A DNA stretch of 63,642 bases, filler included, from Choristocarpus tenellus KU-1152 (lineage: Eukaryota > Protista > Phaeophyceae), in assembly GCA_964200185.2 (NCBI GenBank). It is 11 parts of 11 records of this genome, joined end to end, with 100 filler letters (N's around TTAATTAATTAA, not from the genome) between each part and the next. Parts side by side here need not be neighbours in the genome. Positions count along the whole stretch, not along the records: positions 1 to 15,953 come from CAXNAD020000897.1; 10 more parts are not named here. One strand, 5' to 3'. The position numbers and the translations under genes were made by a program. Below are positions 1-11,600 of this stretch, one piece after another; the stretch's first letter is position 1; each line of letters starts with the position of its first letter. The notes below the pieces were generated by a model. That model worked only from the letters and a program-made list of their open reading frames with translations. It was not told the DNA's origin and did no database searches.

Positions 1-139
1 GTGATGTATGCATAAGATCATGGAATGTATCTATTCTCTAAATATGACTCCCTTCCATCACTCTATCTCCCCCCCTCCCTCCTCAGTGTCGGGATAGAAA
101 TTGGAAGTCTCAATAGTCGTAAGAGAAAAATGACAAACC

Positions 140-2385
140 ATATTATCCAATGTGTCCAGTCTCGCCCTCTTGCCAAGCAGAAACTTCAGAGATACTATAC
201 AACCTCGTTTCACAGCTACCATTAGAGGAGTTTCCATCTGGTGTTCACGAAGAGAGAGAAGAAATGGGTTCGGGTGAGTAATCACAGTTGGTTTGTATCC
301 CAACATAAGCTGGAGAACCTAAAGGCGCATATTGCCTGCACACAACTCCCAATGCAGACTTCCTGCCTAAAGGAAGTGCAACCTGGCATGAAACACTTGG
401 AAGCCTCTTTCCCGTCTTCCAGTGTACTAGGATATTCTTCCTTCGTGAACATACGTGCACACATTCTTATTCCTGGCTTCCAAATTGGCCCGGTTGTTCA
501 GTAAGAGCAACATTACAGGAAGGTCCCCCTCAGCAGCTGCCAGATGCATTCCTGTATTACCCTGCAGGTCTATGGATTCCACATCCTCACCCCTCCCCAG
601 GCAAAGTTTCAACTGATCCAAAGCACTCTCTCTGCACGCCTTAACAAACTGCATTTGCTGCACGATTTGGGACATAGGAGAGCAGGATCTAGATGGAGTC
701 ACAAAAGGGCTTAGGAGAAAAGCTTAGGGAGAGACATATGGGGAGTAGAGTGAGCTGATAGGCCGAGAGACTCTGCCATCTATCTATCATTGGCCATAAA
801 AAGAGATACAGGTAGACCCTGGTGCTGTCAAGTCTAAAATGTTTAAGTTGGGCATCTATGAAGCTGCTGCTCACTTCCTGCCTGGCATCACGGATGTATC
901 TTCCCTGCTGGCGGATCTCCTGCAGACTCTCCCATTTTTGAGCAATTGGATCAAATTGGAAGTCATAGCGCATGAACTCTACGGTGTGCGGTCGAGGTGC
1001 AACTCTGAGCTCATCCATTACCTGCTTCAAGTATGCATAGTGATTCGAGGTGGGTGGGGTGTTGGTAGAAATCCAGACAGAATTTGAAGTGTTTCAAAGG
1101 TAGTTTGGAGTACGAAGTAACATTCTTTGAAGTGGGAAATAGTTATGAGCCGTCTGTGTTTTGTCAGGTGTGGTTGATGGGCTGCCGCGAGACACAGATA
1201 TACTCCTAACCTAGGAAATCGAACGTGATGCTGACCTGCGGGAACATCATATCTTCTAAGTACAAGTCCATCAAGCCGAACAATCTTGTCACAATGTAGC
1301 CCACCTGAAGACAAACAGAGAAAACAAGAACAAAAGTATGAGAGCATAGATTATGGGTTCGTGACTGAGTGGGAAGAATTAAACATCAGTGCCTCTATCG
1401 ACAGAGAAAAGATTGGCTTGCGTGCAGGGATTTGTGATTCCCTACATAATAGCGAGTAATGCATACTATTTCCAAGGTGTATGTATTGCACGCATCCTCA
1501 TTTTTTTTCAATCACTGTGCCTGGATGGCGGGAAAGATGTTCCCAAGCGGCTTTCCCAATTCACAGGCATGCATGTGGTCGTTGGAAATAGCTTCTGCTG
1601 CTTCGATTTCCTCCTGCCTCAATTTTCCCATTTTCTTGCTGTGCTGCAGCATCTTTTGTTTAACTTTTAATCGATCAGCCTGAACCAGTTCGAATTGCTC
1701 TTTCGCAGCGAGAATCTGTTGTGAACATCAGCAGGGTTAGCAATTTGAAAGGCTTATGGGATAGAATGCACGCACTAATATTCACGTCTTAGGATAATTC
1801 TTAGGTGGCAATGGGTGTGACGAAACCACCTTAGACGTAGGGCATGTCTCACCTTCTCAAACCTTGGTTGCATTTCGCAGAATTTATCCCATTGGTTCTC
1901 CAGGGCCATCCTCTGCTCCTCCGTTGTTACGCGTTGCAACTTCTTCTCGTAGTCTTGCATGTCAGCCCGAAGTACTTGAAATTCCTCCCACTTGTGAGGT
2001 TCTTCATCCAGGACACCATACGTGATCTCCCAGTTCCTCTCTACTCTGCTGTAGTACCGAAGTTCGGCTACCTGGGAGCGTGTTGAAGGTTAGTCAAAAC
2101 AGGGGATTCAGAGGTAAAGATTTCCACCTGTTTTTTTTTGTGCCATCTCACCAGCTGCTTCTCTTCCAGTATTGCTTCTTCCAACTCCAAAACTTTCTTG
2201 TCGTGAATGGGAATTGGATCTGTCCAGCCCTCTAGTATCGCTCCCTGGCCTCTCGCACCCGGCCTAAATTTCATTGCTAAGGTGACATCGTCGACTGTGA
2301 CTACGAAAGGGCGTCGCGGAAGACTCTCAATGCACATGTCAGTTGGTGCACTTTCATGACTCTGGAAGAAGTTTTGTTTTCGCAT
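140..2385 (-). CDS. Multi-exon ankyrin-repeat / coiled-coil protein, 3'-partial (runs off the window start)
   Basis: Ankyrin repeats GNTGMHLAAAEGDLPVMLLLLNNRANLEARNK (~465-670) and METPLMVAVKRGCIVSLKFLLGKRARLD (~140-237) join in phase through a GT..CAG intron. Upstream coiled-coil exons lie at ~815-1020, ~1575-1715 and ~1860-2071. Probable ATG at 2385. Confidence 0.8.
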
Positions 2386-2697
2386 GGCAAGATAGATAGA
2401 AATCACTGTGCACAAAGGGTGGTGTGAAACCCAGTTGTGCCAGAAGAGGATCTGATCAAAACAACATTTGTTGTACAATAGCCTCACAACTTTCTATATA
2501 CGAATATTGTCGCCACTCGAGACTTGCATAGTTGGAGAACACAGACAGAAGTAACTGATACTGAAACGGATAGATTTGTTGTAAAACCCAAATCCATTTG
2601 AGTTCTCTCAACAATATACACTTCAAAATCTAAATTACTACCCCATCCTCTTAGCAGACAGTGTATTCTTGCTCATTGGACCTCTTTAATTGAGTCC
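2386..2697. promoter_or_regulatory. Short intergenic region between divergent genes (putative bidirectional promoter)
   Basis: The ATGs at 2385 (-) and 2698 (+) are ~310 bp apart, head-to-head. Confidence 0.45.
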
Positions 2698-5600
2698 ATG
2701 CCCTCGGGATTCCGCACACGGAGTCCCCTTAGGGGCCGCAGTAGTTGCGTCTCTCCTAAGCGGGGGGCTGAAGTCGATTTTGGTCAAGATGCAGAACGAC
2801 AGGTTCGACATATTGCGCGAACACGGAAACTCGGCTTGTTTTCCATGGACAGAGGCATCTCACAAACCTGGGCTTGGGTTCTGCAGGGGCTAGCCCATAA
2901 ACGATCTAGTCCAGGCGTCGGCTGCCCTTTAAATCTTCTGGACACCATCATCAGTAATTCGGAAGGTGCACCAGAAGCATTCTATTGCACTGGACCAAAC
3001 GGAGTCGTTCGTCAAGTCATCGGTGATGAAGAAGGTCACATCAGCATTTCTAAAGCTGCCTCTTTACTGCGACCGACCAACCGTGGGTGCACTGAAGTCA
3101 TGAAGGAGACCTGTGTTGCTATTGCCTTCTCCTCCACTGGAGACGCGGTCCCTATGGCAGCGCAAGATTTTGCGAAGCTTCTCGGGGGACAAGCCGCATT
3201 GCCAACGGGCACAGAATCCCTTGTTCGAATGGTACCGACTAAGAGAACCAACTCCGAACCTTTGCTAAGTGTGCAATATGCCTACAGTCTAGAAGTGGCG
3301 TCTGGCAAGGCATTGCACCGAACCTTCCGTCTGGCCATGGTAAAAGATCGGCAGCAACGCCTGGTTTGCAAGTCCATCACAATAAACAAAAGACTCAAAA
3401 GAGAAGGGCAGCGAGTGGTCGAATGGATCGAGGCGTTCAGCCGTGCTAGAGTGCTCCAACTTGTGCTAGAGTTTGTGGACGATGCTGCGGGAGAGATGTG
3501 GCTCGTAAGGTCGTCTGAGTGCAAAATTACCCCAACTCATCAACCTTACAACCTTCTCAAGCGAAGCCCTTCACCCAAACAGTCAAAAGTTGCTCGTCTA
3601 CAAGCATCTAAGGGGGTGGCAAACGAGCTTTCTGTACTCCGATTTGGACACCCGTTAGGTGAGACCGCCAGAGATGACAGCAATGGCTATTCAACCACAA
3701 CTTCTATGAAGCTGGAAAATGATTCGCCAATCTCGGCAACGTCGCGACGTCCCCACACGGCTGCTTCTTCCAATGCTGGAGTGGAACAACTTGGAGCAAG
3801 GGGAAGCCTGGGTAGCCTTGATGTTGAAGAGTGGGGTCTGGATACAATCGGATCTCCTACTAAGGCCTTAGACTCTCACAGACCGAAAACGTCTTGTATG
3901 GGGCAAGGAGGAAGGATGGATAAGTTGACAAAGGTTGGGAAACAGGAAGTTGCCACCCTTCCACAGTTTCGGGGGTTCATGGGACCCTGGGAGCAGAACT
4001 CTACAACAGTTGCACGGACACCTGCCATGGGTAGGGTTCTCGGAAGCAGTCAGCTTGGAAACCTCTGCCGTGGTGATTTTTGTGATGTTGTCCTTCCTGG
4101 CGAGGTGATGCAATCTACACAGATAGTACTTGGTGCATATACCATACAAAAAAAAAAAGCCAGTTTGTCCTATATTCGAGGGTCAAAATCCTGTCATCAT
4201 TAGTAGCCGGGCTGCACTTCCAGACTGAAAGTGCACAAAATCAAGCATCCTTGAAAAGCACTCCATGCTTTTGGTTGGATTATGCTACAAGAAAAAGGAA
4301 TTTACCCTAGGTTGTCATCGATATTCAGTAGCAACACCACTATTAAAGCAACCCAAACATGGCAATGTGTCGAACATTCCAGTTCTCTCCCTCCTACTCC
4401 TTCACCTCAAACTATATGCTTAAAACCCAATAAAGGTGGAACAGCGCGACAATTTTGAACGCAAGGAGACTGGGAATAGCTCTGGTATACTTGCTTCAGA
4501 AGGGAGTGGAGATGTTGAGGGGGAAACAAATTCCCTCCGCCAACGCCTCCTGAGGTTTAGTGAGGCTGCCCTTGAGGATTATGGAGTCATGGAAGAACCT
4601 CAAATGCAGCCTAGAGAAGTGACACCTTCCTTCCACAAAAAAAAGAGACGCCGTGCTGAAGAACAGGGACGAAACAGAGTGAGAGGCCACGAGATCAGGG
4701 AATGGAATGAGAAGGGGGAAACAGATGGAGGCCAGAATATCCCAATGTCCTGGATAATCAGAGGGCGGCAGGAGCGCCACTTGGTGGAGAAGCAGGTAAA
4801 CATAAACTTTGAGATACACCATTAATCTGGACAAATTATCAAGTAGAACTTGTGGGGTAGACATCGCAATGGGTGAGCACTGGCAATTGTATACCTTGTT
4901 GAGCAACAACTGAAGCACAACATATCAAGACACCAGTCAGGTACTGTTCAGATCTTTCTGCAAATTTGTAAAGTATGGAATACTCTTTACTTTACTCATG
5001 GTAGGCAGCAGTAATGTTAATCAGCGTGCAACCTCAATATTCCCACCACCTCTGTACTCCCAACTTGGATAGTAGCTCCGTCGATACCGCCGAGGGGACT
5101 CCAGTGAATACATAGACAACCTGGAAGGACTAGGAGAAAGCTCTGTGTCAGTGGGGGCAACATACCCAGCCAACTATTACCAGTCAGCTCGGGTGTGCCA
5201 GAGTTGCTTTCGGGTGTACACCATGACAGAGGATGCTAGGACAAGAGCAATAGCCAAAATCATTGCAGGGGCTGGGGAAAGGTGTTGGGGGAGCAATAGG
5301 AGAAAAAGAGCAAGAGCTGGCAAAACAGCTGAACCCTGTCACACAGCTGATCCAGTTCAGTGGGCAGTGGAGGGACTAAATGGAGGATTAGGATCATATA
5401 GAGAGACTGTGCGGGAGACAGGGGAGGTGGAGATAGGCGTGAACCATGAGTTCAGACGAAAACATAAACTTGGCAGTGGGCTGGAGCGAGACGGAGGATG
5501 GATGACTGAAGGTATCTCCCATGAGAGTCAGGCTCTGGCACGTGCACAGATGGCAATCAATGGCCTGACAACACGGGATATTTGCGAGTTAAGATCCTTT

Positions 5601-8600
5601 GTTACGCCCCCAGCAGCAGTGAACATGGTGGTGGCAGCACTGATGATAGTGCTGACAGGTGATGGCGAACCTTCACCTGCTAGTTGGACCACGGCCAAGC
5701 GCTACATGGCTGACATTGACAAGGTTCATGCTGGGATTGCAAGCCTTCATCCTGCATCCCTGCGTGCATCACAGGCACGCAAACTGGAAGAATATGCAAA
5801 AAACCCAGCATTTCGCCCGGAATTTGTGGCACGGGTGTCACTTCCTGCTTCCAAGCTCTGTGGTTGGATATTGGGTGTACTGGTGAGCTGTGTAGGGGTC
5901 ACCTCTTGACTTGGAGCTCGTGCTTGCTTGCAGATTCTTCAAGCAGGGTCGGGTAGGTACAAGAGAGTGTCATAAAGGATGGCATTTGGATGCAGGCCCT
6001 GAGCATACTGATGGCACACAGTAGCATGTCCTTTGTTCTGCTCACAAGTTCTTTGTCCCTCTCGGCGTAGTGTTCCTACCATCAGCATTTAACCCGTCTG
6101 ATGCACTCATGTCCTACTGTGTCAGTCCAACAATTGCCTTCTCCTTGATGAGATTCCATTGATACACTTACCCTCTCTAACTTTTGTTTTCCAACCACGA
6201 ATGGAGCAGGAGGCAAACCGTTGGCAGACTGGGAGGGGTCACACCCGCATCTCAATTCTTGACACTAAAACCAGCCTTGGTGTTGAGGATTTTGGTAGCG
6301 GAGGTGAAGGTGTGTACGGTTGCCCTTGCACTGACTGGCCAATGAACTCTATCCAATGATTTTCTCTACAGTCATGATCCGTACCTGTTGTCCAGCAGGT
6401 ACTCTGATCCCACCCCGAATGCTTAGGACATAGGTCTAACAGGCCAATCAAACACACCTTTCTCCTGGATACTCCTAGTCTCATTCTTTCCTCTCTCGTC
6501 TCTGATCCCATCCACCTTCTTCACAACAGGGATCCCAATGGAGAAGTCAATTTCACCACTAGGCATCCCCCTAGGCAGAAAATCTCCTCCTTTGTTACGA
6601 GCTCATCATCAAATCTCTGGTCCGAGGGAGGTGGCTGCAAAGCCAACGGAAATGTCAAGGGCACGTATTTTTCCTAGTGTGAGGGATCGAGGGGCTTCTC
6701 AAGCAGGGGGTCAACAGGTAGGGTTGACACTGGCAAGGCGGAGAGAGAAGAATCTACGGCAGGAGAAATTGGTGAGTCGCCTGGCAGATCCAGATGCCCT
6801 ACCTCCAGATCCAGCTGGTTTTGAACAACACACATTCATCTGTGAGGATCGTGTCACCCGCATCCCCTATGCGGTGTTCGGCACTGCAAAACCATCTGCA
6901 CACACAGTGAGCTTTGTAGTAGTGCATGACTTTTTCGATACACTGGAAAAGACTTTCCTATTGTTCAAGCCCCTTGTACTGCAGCACCCGGGGTGCCAAG
7001 TGCTGTGCTTCAACATACCAGGCCAGGCAGGGACATCATGCCCCCCGGAGTCGGAATGTGTACTTACCAATGTCTGGGTGGCAGATCGCCTCAACGAACT
7101 CATGCAGGTATAATTCAGGAATTGTTGTTTTTTCAAAGAGCAGAGTATGAACTCACCACTTACTCACATGTGCTAATAGGTGGGTCAAGTGCACATACTT
7201 TCAAGACGTGTAAGATGTGTATGGGGAGTAATTCAAATACCTACTCCAGGATATAGTGTATATTCCTATGTACTCAACACACATGTATATAGGTTGATGG
7301 GTAGAAGGGAGAGGAGGGGAGCAATATGCTACTGCATGGTATCATGAACCAGAAATAATATTTGCAGGTGGGGAATATACATATTCAGCTCAGAGACAAT
7401 GGTTGATCTGGTTTTCCATCTGCTTTTTCCAACTGATGTAACACATGAAGATATATCTAAATTCCCAGCTTGATCAGGTGAAAGTATTACTTACTGAGAG
7501 CATGATTTAAATCAGTGGCACACAAGGCACGAGATTCAGTGCTCTTGCACCAGCACACTATTGCAAATTATAAAACAGGTTTACTGTACTTTTTGACTTA
7601 ATTTCTCGCCTAACCCATCGATCATATTCTGGATTCTTCTTGTTCCTGAACTCTGAACCCTCCTGTTCATACACTGTTGCCCCGCCCTTCTTTTCCCTTT
7701 TCACAATTTTTGCTCAAGCACGTGAATAACATGGGTGAGATGTTGCTGGCAGGTCGACCATTTCACCTTGTGGGCATAGGCAATGGTGCAAGTGTGGCCG
7801 CTGCCTTCGCCTGTCAACATGATCGTCTTCCATGCTGGATGTCAACCTTACGTACCCTGGTGTGCATAAACGGTTTCGCCAAAGTGGACACCCAGCTGAC
7901 TGCTGTGCTCCACTCCACACTAGGAGCCTTCCGCTGCTTTCCCCCAGAGAGACCGGATCTACCTATCACATTCTGGAGCCGGTAATAAGTGGGTGGTGCA
8001 AGCTCCGGAGCCTCCCCCTAACTCTGTAGCATTCTTGCACCTTCGGTCATCCTCCCTCACACACCCTCTATCTCAACAGCTGCTAGAGTGCAGCAGGGAG
8101 GAAAGTACTTGGAGTAGTAGGCAAGGTGGGGCACAGTGTGATCACCCCTCCTGCTGTATCCCCTCTCACTTCAGATCTTATCTGTGTGAGATATTCATTC
8201 TCCTCCGAGGTAGCACGTCGTTTGTCATTGCATCATCACTAAAGAGAAGTCATCTGTAGATCAGAACAGGGGGTAGAGTGAGGGAATGGGTTCCATTGGG
8301 GTAGTCAAGAGCTCTTCCCAATGTACCTGAAAGGCATTAACCATGGCTTTGTACATTTGATCAACCTCTTAATTCACCTCCACCAACACCTGTGGCTTAG
8401 TTTCCCCTCTGGCTCACACAATACCCAGGTTTATTTTTGGTGCAGACTATCTCAGATCAGTGGGAGTGGACCTGGCCTTAAACATATACTGTGCAGTGTC
8501 AAATCCCTTGGGTGTGGAGGGTATGTCCCGTATCATTCAGGGTGCCCTCAAGCACCGTGACTTACAGAAAGATCTTCAGTCGATGAAGTTGCCCCTTGTG

Positions 8601-11600
8601 CTCGTGCAGGTAACTTTACAAAGCGTGGTGGTGTAAAACGAGTGAGGGTGCTTCAATGATCTGCATTTAACACCTGTCCCATCTGCGTCCGCCACAACTT
8701 CTTTGGTTTATCTTCCTTGTCAAGCCAATGCTTCAAATTTTCCCTCTTTCCTTGGTTGCATCATTCTAACCCTTTCATTGTTGACTGGTGATGCATCCTC
8801 TTCTCCTCTCACTCTTGGGCTTAATTTCCAACGTACACTTGGAAAAAACAACGGAAAAACTCATGCACTCCACCATAATGAACAAGTCTACGGAGAACCT
8901 CCTCATCAGTGCTGCCAATGTTGATCCTTTCCTAGAGGGTCGCAAGCCTTACCACCTCTGGTCCCACGAGCTCCAGCAACATCTGGAGCCCTGGGAGGGC
9001 AAGACTTGCCTGGGGTCGAGAGGAGAGAAGGCCTTGGCCGAATCCATTTCAATAGGGCAAAGGGGAGCATTTGTGTTGTGGGTCAAGGGAGGACATGAGG
9101 TGCGGCAAGAGCGCAAGAGGGTAGTTACAGATATTCTTGGCCTCCTCGTTGCCCCAGAAGGGCAACCTGAGGGTTATTTTATCCAAGGCATTCCTGCTTC
9201 ACCTCCTGTAACCCAGCAGAAGGTTCTAGGTGGAGGAATGGGAACCAGGATAGGGACGAGGGGCAAAGTAAGGTTTCCATCTAAGAACAGGACTGAAGGA
9301 AATGGGGGTAGTCTGGGACTAGGACTAGAGACAGTGGAAGGGACTCGCAGCAACAATGATCCTGTGCATAGAGATGCTAGTACTGCTGAAGATGGACAAG
9401 AGATAATTTTTTATGCAGATGGGTCAGAGCTTGTTGACCAAGAGCTAAAAGAGGGGCATGATTTGGATCCAAAGGGAAGTGGTGCAGACATCGGTCTAAG
9501 GGGGGAATTGAATATCACAACAGGAAGAGATGCTTGGGTAAGTGTGCCCAGGACAGGTGCTATGACCTTGGGAAACACTGACATTTTGCCTAGAAATGGA
9601 CCATCTGAGGGGGGAGAAGGGGTGGAGGTTGGTGGTCTCTGGCCTTCCAGAGACAAGCGTCAACACCAACATGGCTCTCTGAGATTGATTCAGAAAGAAA
9701 ACCCTGTGCCAAAGGTGAAATATTATCATCGACATTGATGACATTCTACGTTGTTTGCTTATATGCTGGAGGGAAGGATTGGCTATGCCAGGAAGAGATT
9801 AAGTATTTACAACTATTGGATAGGAGTTCTTCCTTAACCCCATGTAAATACTACATCTCCCCCTTATGACTTCGGGCATATTTCGTCCACATCACTCTCA
9901 CAGACCCCAATCCCTGCCTATGTTACCTTTTCTCTGCTTACCCCCTCCCCTCCCACCTCAAAAGCTCCCTCAGCGGGTCGAGGGTCCAACAACCTTTGCG
10001 ACTAGGAGGTTGCCATATCACGTCATCCGCAACAAGAGACGACCACGAGCTACTACAGCCCCATCACTCATGGTTTCACCAACAAAGCGTGGCAACCGCA
10101 CAGGAGGCTTCTCCTGCCACAATGACCAGCCCCTTCAGGACTCCAGCAATCCTACCCCTGAGTCGACTGTAATTCATTTGCCACACGAACATGATGAGTC
10201 CAAGTTGAATGCAACGACCCGACCACACACAGCACTGGATTATGCTGTGGCAGATTTCGATGCTGCTCTCCTTGAGCACCGTAGACAGAGAGGTCGTGGG
10301 ACGAGTGTACTGCCCAAACTGGATCTGGAGGAAATGGATTGGAAGTTTGACACCATTGTTTTAAAGGGTGTACCATCAAGGCAGAGTGCTGAGGAAGGAG
10401 AGAGTTTTGTTCGGCTAGAACCACCTGAGGCACTGCCTAAGGCTAAGGCTGGTGTAGATGTAAGTGTGGATCCCAATATATATTTAGCTGATAGAGAGCA
10501 GGCCGATGAAGAAATATCGGGCAAATCATCAGAAGCAGGTGCTCATATCTTCTCCATAGGTGTTTCTTCTGCTGAACAACAAAATGATGGCAAAAGAAAA
10601 TCATTTTCTGCTGTTGGCTCCCCTCCACTTGGCGACATGGGTAGTTTGACATTGCAAAGTAATGAGCTCTCCAACTCACCTCTAGGTTGTGAATCCCACT
10701 GTCTCCTCGAAAATTCCTCTGAATTGTTTCCAAAACAAAGTACTGAGAGCAGAAAATTTGCTACACAACCAGGGTCTGGTCAGGGGGTGTCCAATGCTCC
10801 TTTGCCAGGTTCTTTAGACCAAAGTAAAACCCAAGAGCCAAGCCCAGAACTTAAGCTTAGTATCGTGGGAGGAGAGAGGGGTCTTGAGGAGGGAACAGTC
10901 CCAGAGTCCTTCGTACCCCTGGTAGAAGGGGGTTCTGGCTGGGCATTGGTGGGATCTTCTCTTACAGATAAATGCATCACGGATTCACAGCATCCTACCC
11001 AGTTTCCACTCGCTGTCGACCCTGCCCTTGCCTCCATGAAGGCTATAGAGATTATGTCTACACCTGAGCAGCGGTTTGCCAGAGACTGGATGGCTTCTAC
11101 TGCAGGAGAGAGGGTGTCTGACCCCCTATGTGCTGCAACTGTGGAGGAAAATCTTGGTGCCCGTGTCGGGACACTAGAGGCTCAACTGAACAACAACATC
11201 CTCATGCAAGGGAAAACCCAGCTGGAACCTTTGGATAAGAACGGGAAATTGCATATTGATGAAGAGCAGGGACTAGAAGAGTTGGAGAGAAAAGGTGAAC
11301 TCAATCGATTGCAGGGTGGAGCAGAGTTTGAGGAATGCAATGAGGTAATAGTTGAGGCCACAGCGGTGCTACCCTATGGGGTGGGAAAGGAGGAGGGTCT
11401 GGGAGGGAGTGGAACCTTGACTATTGAAGATGGGAACATAGGTGATAGTGAAGGGTATGAAGGACAGGCTGCTGAGGAAAATTCTCTGCTTGGAGATGGG
11501 CATACCTCTCCACTGGATCCAAAGCTTGCACAAGTACTTGTAACTGTGTCAAAGGTAGCAGTACCCACAAATGTGCCCATTCGGGGCATGCGTCCCCAGC

